From: Eledone cirrhosa
Lineage: Eukaryota
Direction: 5' to 3'
Assembly: GCA_964016885.1 (NCBI GenBank)
Contig: OZ024743.1
Location: forward strand, 102,796,001 to 102,860,000
Length of the DNA: 64,000 nt
The notes below the pieces were generated by a model. It was not told the DNA's origin. It searched no databases and was given only the letters and a program-made list of their open reading frames with translations. Below, piece after piece: positions 1 to 12,200 of the stretch. Within the stretch, counting starts at the first letter, position 1. Each line of letters opens with the position of its first letter. Both the position numbers and the translations under genes were made by a program.

Positions 1-68
1 TGTAAGTATACACGCACACACACAGACACACACACACATATATATATTATATATATATACACACATCA

Positions 69-120
<52 letters not shown>

Positions 121-309
121 CACACACATGTATACATATAGATATGTACGTATGGGTTATATCGAACATTATAAACAAACGGCCCAATTAGAAGCTGTGC
201 CGTGCCGATGACCGATCGTCACATGCTTGTTCGACACTGGCTTTGAAAAACAATCAACATGTGTATATGTGTTTGTATGTATATATATTTATGTGTGTGA
301 GTGTGAGTG

Positions 310-419
<110 letters not shown>

Positions 420-722
420 TTGTGTGCGTTTGTATGTGTATGCACACGTGTGTGTGGGTGTTTGTGTAAACCGATTAAGGAAAAGAGAGAGAAGGAAAAT
501 ATCCAGACAAAATGATTAACAATGAATTAATTAGACGAATTGTTTCAAGTGATAAAACTAGTAATTAGACAATATTGTTTGTATAACAAGCATGGAGCTT
601 CAGTAAGTTCGTAAATTAAAAGCTGTTTATATCTCCAACTGAAATGAGAAGAATATGGTACATCACTTCTCTGTTAATCATATATTGATCTAGAAATGTA
701 TGTATGTATATATGTATGTACG

Positions 723-1248
723 TCAGGTCGCTCTCAAGTGATACTGGTAACATGTAACACAGTTCAACCTGACTCATGGTCGTGTCCTCGGCGACTAAAC
801 CGGCAACCACACCAAGCTAGCTTGATGAGGAGGGTCAAATTTGGAAACCCTCCGGGATGAAATACAAGACCCGGCGAAGGGCAGAGGAATTCAGCAGAGT
901 CAACGGCCATCCAAATAGTGCTTTTTATTTGTTTTCCTCCTGGGAGTGAAAGGGTCCCAGTTGTTGTCACAACCCCTTTCTAAGAGAGTGAAACTCTGAA
1001 AAATAAGCTGCGGCTTCAGAAGCATCCGAGTTGTTGACCAGTTCTCCTTTTCGTGTAGTGGTTTCGATGCTCAAAGAGTGGGATTGGTCGAGTGCAAGGC
1101 CTTTCCCCACTTAAAATATATTCAAAGCACAGGCATTGCTTGTTCAGGATATGATACTGGGTTTTGTGACTGGCCGTAGCCTAAAAGTGCCCCAAACTCT
1201 ATAATCTGACAAGCAATTGCAGTACTCTTCGCAGAGTTTGCAGCCATC
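723..1248 (+). mobile_element. Non-autonomous RTE-related short element, copy 1 (structured 5' end, (TGTA)n tail)
   Basis: Colinear with 54317-54925 and 59636-60170 (…actggtaacatg…ggcgactaaaccggcaacc…gagagtgggattgg…gcagccatca). A piece of it (about 970-1022) recurs at about 2980-3025, just upstream of an RTE ORF fragment. Confidence 0.7.
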
Positions 1249-1379
1249 ATGTATGTATGTATGTATGTATGTATGTATGTATGCATGTTTGTATATGTAT
1301 GTATATGGATGGATGTGCGTAATTATACATTTATGATATATATATATATATATTATTTATGGTTATTATTATTATTCTT

Positions 1380-2452
1380 AGATGAATTGGCAGTATCGGT
1401 AGAGGGTCGGACGCCATGCTTTGACGCATAGAGTTACGATCCTTGCCATTCTGAGTTCAAATCCCCCCGAGGTTAACTTTGCCTTTCATCATTACGGGGT
1501 CGATAAAATAAAGTACCAGTCACGCACTGGGATCGATTTAATCGACTTCACCCTCCCCCAAAATATGCTGGCCTTGTGCCTCTATAAGAAACCATTATTA
1601 TTATTCTTAGGGCGGTAGATTGGCAGAATTGGTAAAGCGTTGGACAACATGTTTAGCGACATAGTTACGTCCCTTTACATTCTAAGTTCAAATCCCGGCA
1701 AGGTTTAGCTTTGCCTTTCATCCTTACAGGGTCGATAAAATAAAGTACTAGTAATAAACTCGTGTTGATTTAATCAATGTTCCCCTCCCCTCAAATTATT
1801 GGCCTAGTGCCTAATGCAGAAATCATTAGAAAATGTACACAGCTACATATTACAAACAGACAGCGGCATCTTTAATTCGTCAGTCACGTTGTTGTTATAT
1901 AATTAGCGCAACAGACTATTTCCATGTAGATCATACTACGTCACGGCGTATTAGTAGAGTCATTTCAACATGGGGTTAGAATGCTTTGCGTTATTCGTTC
2001 TGACTCTCTGTGATCTGATTTCGAAAGCCATCTTGGTCAACCTTGTCTTTTATTATTTAGAGGTTGAAGGGCGGTGGATTTGCAGTATCGGTAGAGGGTC
2101 GGTCAGTATGCTTTTCAGCATAGAGTTACGGCCCTTTATGGTCTAAATTCAAATCCCGTCGATGTTAGCTTTGCCTTTCATCCTTACAAGGTCGATAAAA
2201 TAAAGTACCAGTAACGCACTGGGGTTGAATTAATCGATTTTCCCTTCCTGCTGGCCTTGTTCCTAAATCAGAAACTATTATTATTATTATTAATATTGAA
2301 TTGGCAGTATTGGTAGAGGGTCGGACATGCTTTCTAGCATAGAGTTACGTCCTTTTCGATCTGAGTTCAAATCCCGCCAAGGTTAACTTTTCCTTTCATC
2401 CATATGGGGTCGATAAAATAAAGCACCAGTCACGCACTGGGGGCGATTTAAT
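1380..2452 (+). mobile_element. Cluster of about 5 head-to-tail tRNA-derived SINE copies (SINE-A)
   Basis: A-box-like TGGCAGTATCGG, B-box GAGTTCAAATCC, body tttgcctttcatccttacggggtcgataaaataaagtaccag, (ATT)n tail. Copies at about 1380, 1610, 1972 (degenerate), 2070 and 2297. Confidence 0.9.
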
Positions 2453-2651
2453 CTCGTAAATATTAAAAGTAAAATTAACTTATGCGGAGTTTAGACTCGG
2501 GGTGTCGTGAGCTGGAACAAATACCAAGGTAGAATTAATTTGATTGCTCAACAACTCTCCTGTTCTCCTTTAACTTGTAAATATATTGTATATTCCCCCA
2601 GTAGATGAAATCATCGCATTAGAGTAACTGCTTCATTATTTTAAGAAAAAG

Positions 2652-2717
<66 letters not shown>

Positions 2718-2721
<4 letters not shown>

Positions 2722-2935
2722 GGTGTTGGATGCTTAAAGCGTCCGTATGCGGTAGGCCGTATGAACACTGGATGATCTCATAGAGCAGAGTATGATATCA
2801 CAGAAAAAAAGAGAATCAGTGTTGCGACGAATGGAATTTGTTGGACATATTACAATCGTTTCTCAGTGAAGCGATTGTAATATGTCCAATAAATTCCATT
2901 CGACGCAACACTGATTCTCTTTTTTTATGTGATAT
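2718..2935 (-). mobile_element. Short PLE-derived fold-back element (same family as 10582-10981) carrying only the 3' half of the HHR
   Basis: Inverted arms about 2795-2862 and 2868-2935. Tail 2718-2794 is the reverse complement of 10903-10981. Flanked by (TA)n. Confidence 0.75.
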
Positions 2936-3048
2936 ATATATATATATATATATATAAAACAAAGAAGATGTGGTAAGAAACAACACCTTTCTAAGAGAGT
3001 GAAAATAAGCTGCGGCTTCAGAAGATCCCTACATTCCAGAACCACATC

Positions 3049-3290
3049 ATGAGATTTATGACTGGCAAGCAGCTCAGCAACCGTATCTATATCAATGAGT
3101 TGCTCAACATTACCAGACTTAGACCAATTACATCAATTGTTAGGTCAAGATTGCTTAAAATGTACGGTCATATAAAAAAATCACTTCGTGGTGTGAGTAG
3201 GTTATGCCTGGAAGGAAGGTTGGCTGGTAAGAGAAGCAGAGGTTTGCAGCTAAAACGATGGCTTGATAATATCAACCTATAGACTGGACT
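3049..3290 (+). pseudogene. RTE-clade LINE, ORF C-terminal fragment
   Basis: RLLKMYGHI…LEGRLAGKRSRG…RWLDNI matches the RTE C-terminal signature. Confidence 0.75.
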
Positions 3291-4427
3291 TAAACCCTCT
3301 TGTTGGTGATCGATCCTTGGCGGAGTTTAGCGTAAAAGTAGTAACAGTCCAGTACTTGGATCCATTTTTCAGCTGATATTTTTTTTATCACTTTCAAACT
3401 CTCTCTCTTTACTTTCTCTGTGATTAAAGAAAATGTATAGTGTATATGGTATATATATTTATTATATAGACAGAGAATAAAAAAAAGTTGGATGATTGTA
3501 GTTAGAATACCTTTAATAATAAGTCGGCTCTATAACGGCAAACGGCGAAACAATAACAGTTTTATTTTGAACAATTCAAAACCTTACTGAAAACTTACTC
3601 TAGATTTTAAACTATAATATACCAGGATTCTTCAGTTATATCAACGGCACGACAACATTTAAGTTACTGTAGGTTGTGTAACATGGTTGGTGACAGTAAT
3701 GGAAACCATTCATAGAATATTTTCCAAATTAAGTTCCGAGAAGACCCTGCAGTTATGTCAAAAAAACATTTCTTATACTAGTACCACGGGAGAATGTAGC
3801 TAGTGCTCTCTGTAGAGTGCGGAAATGTATATAAGTGAGACGTGGGTCACCGGCCTCTCTGGGAAGTCGATGGTTCTGTGTAAGTACTGACTCGGTTTGC
3901 GATGACTCGTCTGACCCTTGCAACGTAACTTAAATGGTGATGATCTTGATTTTTAACACTGGCAACACAGCTGAGGCACTTCCCGATGTTCCTCAATGTG
4001 TGCCAATATATGCAACATTACCCCACCGTCCCATCAATTTAACTGCCAATGACTACAAGCTAATTCTACAACTTAGCAAGCGACTGTACCGCCCACTTTT
4101 GAACAACTACACCAGACAGCATCGACTAAATAATAATGAATTTGTTAGAACTTTTGAAGATCTATAGATAGTCTGGCAACAGATTTGACATATGAACTGC
4201 TTCCGTTTTAACACACTGTTACATTTTGATTCACCCATTATCTGCACTTACTCTCTTCACAGTTATGCAACCATCAGTATATTTATTTATATACTTATTT
4301 AATATGCAGTCTTATTTAAACTTACTTTTCTGTCAGAATATCCTAGTAAACATTGCCAGTGCAATCGCATCCGATATACTCTTTAGTTTAACAATGAAAC
4401 GTTGTATTAAGGGAATTTCTTAATTCA

Positions 4428-4461
<34 letters not shown>

Positions 4462-4462
4462 C

Positions 4463-4659
<197 letters not shown>

Positions 4660-4690
4660 ACTAACTATATGTCTATATGAGGAGTGTCAT

Positions 4691-4864
4691 TTGGCAGTAT
4701 CGGTAGAGGGTCGGAGGGGCTTTCCAGCATAGTTACGTCCCTTTACGATCTGAGTTCAAATTCGACCGACGTTAACTTTGCCTTTCATCCTTACGGGGTC
4801 GATAAAATAAAGTACCTGTAATGTACTGGGTAATTGCTGGCCTTGTGCCAAAAGTAGAAACAAT

Positions 4865-4916
<52 letters not shown>

Positions 4917-5080
4917 TATCGGACGCCATGCTTTGCAGCACAGAGTTATCTCTCTTTATGGAGTGAGTTGAAATCATGCCGAGGTTAACTTTGCCTTTCA
5001 TCCTTACGGGGTCGATAAAATAAAGTACCAGTAATGTACTGGGTGGTTGCTGGACTTGTGCCAAATGTAGAAACAATTAT
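4691..5080 (+). mobile_element. Two SINE-A copies (4691-4866; 5'-truncated 4918-5080)
   Basis: Same consensus as the 1380-2452 copies. Confidence 0.9.
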
Positions 5081-5194
5081 ATTCATATATAATCATATGT
5101 ATATGCATATATGAATATATTAGTGCATAATGGAAAGATATGCATAACATCCCATACGCACACATACATATATACATACATATATATCTATATA

Positions 5195-6548
5195 TCTATA
5201 CTATAAAGCTGACGACTGTATGTAGGTAACAAACTTTCCGCCAAACGGCTGGACCAAACAGCACCAAATTTGCACCATAGATGTAACTTTTTCCAAGTAA
5301 AAAAAGTGAGGGTATTTTTGTCTACAGAATTTTGTTAAAAGATTAAAGACATTATTTAAATATTCACTTCTTTAAAAGTTCAAATGTCAACACTTCCGGT
5401 TATACGTCATTCCTCACTTTTTCTTATGACGTCGCTCAACATTCCCCTCTTTTTCTGCATTAGATAACGTTTTTCGAAATATTTACTTTTGCGTTCACAG
5501 CCGAATATTTTTTGCTTCAGAAGATCCCGTTAAGGGTGAAAGCAACGATTCTTTGCTTAAACTTTAATCTGTTATTTTATTATATATATTCGTGTACAGA
5601 TATTTTTGCATGCACAAAAACAAAAACTTATTTATTTCATCGAAAGCACAGACGGCTTATCGTCATTGTTACTGTTCGCGGTTAGAGAACCACAGTCTTT
5701 CCAAGATCTGAGAACCATCAATGGCAATCAATGTTCCACTTACCGTTTGGCTTGCTAGATGCGTGGTATGTTACACGATGACAGCCATTGGCACCTCACC
5801 CTGCAAGAAGCAGCAAATGCTAAAGTCGCTTCTCAGCTGCGAAAACCTTTTGCTATTATGCTACACAACTGCGATCTCGCCGACCCTCTCGCAATGTGGA
5901 ACAACCACCGTGAAAGTCTTGCTGAGGACATCCTCCACCGCACACGCAGATACAATCCAAACGTAACATACGATGTCGTTTTCAATAAGGCGCTCATTTA
6001 TCTTGAAAACAGTGTCCTGGAGATAGATGGTAGGCCTCTAAGTCACTACAGCTTACCTGCTCCTGACAGGAGTGTCCAGAGGTCAACGTCTACAGAGCCT
6101 CTCCCCGAGACGAGCTACGAAATCAGTTATTCTCCCATGGTCAATTGTATGTAGGATGCTCTATGGTGAGCTTTCCAAACAATCTCTTCATCTTTGCTCC
6201 GGAGGGCCGAACAAAAAATATTGTATACTCTGAGGATCTAACAATGTAATTTAAATATTTTTTGTTACTTGGAATTCCTATTATGGTTGTACAAATTATT
6301 GTTTGTTAAAAAATGTGTTCTCTGTTCAGCCTTTATTGTTGTAACTTTCAATTTCCTTTGACGTACTGGCTGCTGAACTGGGAATCCTAAAAACTATTCA
6401 AAGCCAACATCAGAGCACGTTACCCCCCCCCCCTTCTCTGACTTGAGGGGCTTGCGGTATATTTGCACTGCACTGTAGTGTAGGGGGGTTACTGAAAAGA
6501 TAAAATGCCGGTATACCTAGCAGGGTGCCAGCCGGACAGGCAAACTAG
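5195..6548 (+). mobile_element. Internally deleted (non-autonomous) Helitron
   Basis: 5' TCTATACT, 3' CTAG, inserted between A and T. Rep/Hel linker peptide (SFQDLRTING…GMLHDDSHW…LQEA…LRKPFAIML…PLAMW…LAED) at about 5650-6120 is joined to the helicase C-terminus FSHGQLYVGCS…TKNIVYSE at about 6130-6249. Confidence 0.88.
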
Positions 6549-6892
6549 TATATATATATATATATAAATATACAAATAAAATACAGAGATACGAACTCAT
6601 ATTGATACCCTGTAATTAACAAGCTCAAAGTATAAATAATGTAGAAATAAACACAGTAAATTGTGTACGTATGCTTCAGGTTAAATTAATCAAACCAATG
6701 TGGTATTTCTACCCTCTTAATTTTAGACACAATTTACTGTGTTTATTTATATATATATATATAGAGAGAGAGAGACAGAGAGAGAGATGTGTGTGTGTGT
6801 GTGTAGATCCATAACCCCCGAGTCTTTGGTTTGTCATATTGATATAAGGCGTATCTAGGGCAATTTTAAAACTAGTCGGAGCCCGTCTCCTC

Positions 6893-7268
6893 TCCAGCTC
6901 TGAATACTGCAGATTTCTCTCAGAGAAAGACAGAGGGTGAGAGAAAGGAAGTGAGAATGAGATATAGAGGAATAATTGACCCCAGTACTGGATTATACGT
7001 TTAATCAACCTTAAATGTTGACCTCAATGCTATTTGAACTCAGAGAGCAGAGTTGGAACGAATACTGCAAAGCATTTTATCCGAGTTTCTAACGACTCTG
7101 CCAATTCGCCGCCTATATATAGTCCAATACTACCGAGGTCAACATTTAAGGTTGATAAAAATGTACTGGTCCAGTACTGGGGTCGATTATCCCTCTATAT
7201 CTCTTACTCACTTCTTTTCTATCCCTTTCTATCCTTCTCTGGGAGAAATCTGCTGTATTCAGACCTAG
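6893..7268. repeat. Diverged inverted repeat containing an older SINE-A-related 5' half (6972-7114, minus strand)
   Basis: About 6893-7035 is the reverse complement of about 7122-7268. Confidence 0.7.
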
Positions 7269-7336
7269 AAATACCGTATATATATGCCGCTTCCACGTAC
7301 ATACATACATACATTTATACATACATACATACACAT

Positions 7337-7440
<104 letters not shown>

Positions 7441-7907
7441 TGTACACACACACATACACCAACACACACACATACATACACATATATATATATATAATAT
7501 TCTACGGGAAAAGGAAACAATATGGTTGCTGGATTCATGAACGTTTTAAACAATGGTAATCGTGTATGATTAAACGTATTAGAACTATTAATAACGAGTT
7601 GTTTAAATAATTTAAGTATTTGAAAAGATTATACATTTGACCTATCATTGTAAATATCGATTGGATACGTTATACATAAACCCATTTTTCGTGTAGTTGT
7701 AGTACAACATGCCAAATAATTGTACACTATAAATCTATACTTCAGAAATCTACTTAAATGCATTAAGATCTTCTCAACCGGTAGACGTTAAGAATCAGTT
7801 TAAGACAGTATGGAATTAAGAGATTAGATATTGATTACACTTTATATTAACCATATTCATACCAAGCTATCTGAAATTATCCTGGTTTAAGTACAGAAGA
7901 AACTATC

Positions 7908-8145
7908 TTAACCATTTAGTTACCAAACCATCTGAAACCGCCCCTGATATTACAATAAAAAAAACTGTGTTCAGCTGTTAATGTCTATCTAAACCCCATC
8001 CGTCATAATTTAATGTAAGAACTGTTTACGATATGTTACAAGCACCAGTTTAATTATAAAACTATATATTTTTACTACATATTTTCAATATTTTTAAAGT
8101 CATAGGCACTGTTATTCATCAGAAATATGGCAACGAAAGGATTAA
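7908..8145. mobile_element. piggyBac-like MITE
   Basis: TTAA at both ends; imperfect TIRs ccatttagttacca / tggcaacgaaagga. Confidence 0.6.
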
Positions 8146-8289
8146 ATATTTATATATTTTTATTGGAAACAGTAATGGAAAAGACTGATATGAAGTGAAC
8201 TATGTATTTGTCGAATAGCGATAAAAAATATTTCGTCAATATCGAAGATGAGCATTCCGTTGTTCGATCAGATGATCATCCTACTCAGT

Positions 8290-8510
8290 AAATTAAGATG
8301 GACCACACAGCTCATTTCCTCTTTGCACTGGTTTCAATCGAGTCCTCTGGCGTCCTTGGTCCTTGCACTAGTGATTTCCTCCATAAAATTGGAAAGACGG
8401 AGGCTTACTCGAGGAAGGAACCCCATGACGTGGGGTGGCTGTTGCAGCGGGCGTCTCTGACCATTCTTCCCGGTAATGCTTTTGCCTTTTTGTCCGCGGT
8501 GCGCGGCTGA
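8290..8510 (+). pseudogene. CRE-like non-LTR retrotransposon, RLE C-terminal fragment
   Basis: IESSGVLGP…LLQRASLTILPGNA resembles the ETxG…LxQRxSxAxQRGNA terminus. Confidence 0.6.
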
Positions 8511-8989
8511 GGCCCCACTCAGAATGAGTATAGTGACTTTGTCCCCCGCCTCTCCCTTTCTTTCGCCGTTTGATATTTCTTTCTTTTCTCCTTTTCATTT
8601 TCTTTTTTCATCTTCCTTTTTTGTGCAATTTAGTAATGTGTTTTGTTTTTATTAGATACTGCTCAATTATTTTTATATAATGTCAATGGCCTTTCATGAC
8701 GTTGTGCGATTTTGTATATTGAATAAATTGTATGACACAACTGAATAAAAAGTCATTTTTCAGTCTGAAAATTTGCAATCAACAAGAGCTTTATGAGTTA
8801 TAAAATAATTATCTGCTGCAAAATAGTCAACTGTGCCACTCTAAAAATACTTAAACGGTGTCCGGAATCAGAAGACACATAGCAAATATCATCATATAGA
8901 ATATAATTTGTTAGATTTATTCAGTAAATTATGATATATATGTGGCACAATTTATGACAAGGATGGACCTGTGTCTTTCAGGTACTATA

Positions 8990-9490
8990 TATTTGATGGG
9001 CTTTCACACAGTTTCTGTCTACCCAATTTCACACAAGGTATGGGTCAACATGGGGCTATGGCACATGATACCTGCAATGGGACTTTAAAAAGGTTATCCC
9101 CACAATCATTAGGTCGCATGTTCGATTTGACTGTCCAGCATCTTGGGCAAGTGTGATTTACCATTGCCTTGGATCAATCCGATGCTTGTGAGTGGAATTT
9201 GGTAGACGGAAATTCTTTGAAAGTCCATTGTAAGCATTGTACCTATTTCAAAAGCCTGCCTTGTCACCAACTTTGTCACGCTGAATCTCCCTGAGAATTA
9301 TGTTAAGTGTACATGTATTTATAGAATGCTCAATCATTTGCTTGTTATTTTGCCAGATGAGTGAACTGGAGCAACGTGAAATGAAATGTCTTGCTCAATA
9401 ACACAATACGCCGCCCAGCCAGGGATCGAAGTCCTGACCTTATGATCGTGAGCCGAAGACCTTGACCACTAAACCACGGGCCTGCACACT
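8990..9490. mobile_element. Degenerate tRNA-derived SINEs of other families (8990-9075 minus, 9095-9235 plus, 9255-9490 minus)
   Basis: tRNA-like head gtggtttagtggtcaagg…ttcgatccc on the minus strand; related copies at 11540-11655, 12200-12310 and 43100-43285. Confidence 0.65.
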
Positions 9491-9799
9491 TATATCTTAT
9501 ATCAAACAACAATTTCATAGTAGCAGATTACAAGGCAGACACCAAGAACCAATACTGTTTGTGTTTCGACACTCTTTAACACTAGTCAAGCAGGCCTATG
9601 GTCGAAATATTTCTAGCCATCATATATTCAAATATATTGATTATATCTAGAATAAGATTATCCAAATAATCATTCTTTTTAAGGCACTAGGGCTTTACAT
9701 GGACTGGATTTGGTTGAACCACGGCATAGAAGTTCCATTATTGACTTCACTGCGAACCTTTCTGTCGATGACAATCATGATTTATGGGTTGTTGGAGAA

Positions 9800-9912
9800 C
9801 AGATAATACAATATTGTTAATGTTATCATGACCAGCTTCGTTGTTGTGGCTAACATCGTCTTCTCCACCATCGTTGTCATCATCTTGATTTCATAATTAT
9901 TATATTTCTTTA

Positions 9913-9954
<42 letters not shown>

Positions 9955-10260
9955 AATCATCATCATCACCACCACCATCATCACTGTTGTCGTCCTCCTC
10001 ATTATCGTTGTCGTCATCGTTGTTTTATAATCATCATAATCATTATACCATCCACCTCACCATCACCACCAGTATACTATCATCACAACCATCACCACCT
10101 TCATCGTCATCACTACCACTATCATCTCCACAACCACCATTATCATCATCATCACCTTCATCATCGCCACTATCGACCCATCTTTATCACCAGCATCACC
10201 ACCACAATCACCATGATCGTCGCCATCTTTAACTTCGTCCTCATTGATGTCATCTGTATT
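9800..10260. repeat. Degenerate (CAT/CAC)n low-complexity tract
   Basis: Direct observation. Confidence 0.9.
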
Positions 10261-10542
10261 AGTATCATAATGAATATTCACGAAATATGTTGTTTAATAT
10301 CGTCTGTTTGAATGCCATAACATTTAATATTATTACAATGACCAAAATTTCCTTCCATTTTAGAGATTACATCGGATTATAACAAGTGCTGAATTAGTTT
10401 CTCCTCAAGATTCCGCCAAAGAAATGATTAGTATTGTAAAAAATAAGGAATTTACACGTCTTTTCCAAAAGAGCACCATAAGGGTAAGTTAATACGTATT
10501 TTTATAGTTTATAATATAATACATTAACATTACATATTGGAT

Positions 10543-10586
<44 letters not shown>

Positions 10587-10628
10587 ATAAGAAAGGGAGA
10601 ATCAGTGGTGCGACAAATAAGATTTATT

Positions 10629-10726
10629 AGACATATTACAGTCGTTTCTCTGGCGACCAGCTCGAGGCACGATCGATGCAATGGTCAAACCTGACCTCTG
10701 ACATCGCAAGATCCTCAGATATGTCT
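10629..10726 (-). ncRNA. Type I hammerhead ribozyme (mirror copy)
   Basis: Minus strand: agacatat CTGAGGA tct…aga GAAAC gact GTA atatgtct. Confidence 0.8.
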
Positions 10727-10758
10727 CGAATCTACGAAGCAGAGTTTCCGTAGAATCG

Positions 10759-10855
10759 AGACATATCTGAGGATCTTGCGATTTCAGAGTCAGGTTTGAC
10801 CACTGAATCGATCGTGCCTCGAGCTGGTGGCCAGAGAAACGATTGTAATATGTCT
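10759..10855 (+). ncRNA. Type I hammerhead ribozyme
   Basis: 8-bp stem I agacatat/atatgtct, CTGAGGA core, stem II tct/aga with a large insertion, GAAAC gatt GTA cleavage site. Confidence 0.82.
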
Positions 10856-11805
10856 AATAAATCTTATTCGTCGCACCACTGATTCTCCGTTTCTTATGTG
10901 ATATTATACTCTGCTCTGTAAGAGCATCGAGTGCTCAAACGGCATACCACTTACGGACGCTTTAAGCATCCCACACCAATTATATATATATATATGTATA
11001 TATATAATATATATATATATTATATTATATTATATATTATATTATATTGTATATGCTGTGTCCGTGTATTTATATATGTATGCAGGTATATTTATATATA
11101 AGTATATGCACTCCCTCCATATATATATATATATGCGGAGGGGGGGTGCATGTACTTATATATACATATACCATAGTTTCAGATTCATCTACGGTTTAGG
11201 TAGACAGAAGCTGTAATTAGTGCAGTCCATTGTTTTATATCGATTCTGTCTTAGGATTTCGGTAAGAATACACGTGCTTTTGAGATACTCAGCCACTTAC
11301 ACTCCAACTCAAAGATCAGGTATATCTGTTGATAAAACAACTGAATATTAATTGTTGAAACTGCAGATCCTTTTACCTTTATGTTTATGTATTTGTGCCT
11401 CACTGAAATGTCTGTGTTAATGAACACATCAAGAGAAATTTCATGGAGGTTTATCGTGCCACGCATTGTTAGATGTGTAACCCTTTAAATTATAGGGACA
11501 GTCCATTCGACGTGCTTCCAAATAGTTTCGCTCACAAGAGATAGATCTATCCGAAGCTATGGTAAATTACACTTAGCCAATATTCCAGGCTGTAGGATCG
11601 AACCTGGGACCTAATGATTGTGAGGTGAACCACTTAGATATTCGACCATACTGCGACTTTCACTGGGACAATCCTTGTGCCCATATACTTCATTCTCGTG
11701 TTCTCAATCTCCAGGTCTTTATATACTAGAAACGTTTCCAGTCTCATCTAATGACATTTTGTTGTCATTCGTCGAAGCCGCATCAAAACATGGCAGTTGT
11801 CAAAT

Positions 11806-12200
11806 CAGACGAAGGAAACAATGTTCCCTTTTGTCTTTCAGTTTCGGATACTAACTATCGTTCATAGGTTTGGACAAAGGAAACAACGTCTCCATTGTAC
11901 TTTACATTGCTGATACTACCTCTTGTTTATAGGTTTAGACTAAGGAAACAATGTTTTCATTGGTCTTCACATTGCTGATTCTCTCTATCTTTTGTAGTTT
12001 CGATCTAAGTAAACAATGTTTCCATTAGTATTTCTATTGCTGATACTATCTATCGGATGTAGGTTCGGAATAAGGAAACAATCTTTTCATTGTTCTTTCC
12101 ATTGTTGATACTATCTATAGATCGTATGTTCGGACCGAGAAAGCGATATCTCCTTTGATCTTCCTATTGTTGATGTTAACTGCTGGTCGCAAGTCTTGGG
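11806..12200. repeat. Minisatellite, about 6 diverged units of about 65 bp
   Basis: Recurrent aaggaaacaatg…cattgctgatacta…taggtt. Confidence 0.85.

Larger units (their letters stand above)
10582..10981 (+). mobile_element. PLE-derived fold-back element with an HHR in each arm and a 3' tail
   Basis: Near-perfect palindrome 10582-10902 with centre about 10742; tail 10903-10981; (TA)n on both sides. Confidence 0.85.

Noticed and set aside
1380-2452. tRNA genes suggested by A and B boxes
   Set aside because: No cloverleaf; the boxes are heads of a multicopy SINE
3934-4423. Short ORFs as possible host or transposase exons
   Set aside because: No recognisable domain or splice-supported structure
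11806-12200. Regularly spaced repeats resembling a CRISPR array
   Set aside because: Whole units are homologous with no unique spacers, the context is eukaryotic and there are no cas genes
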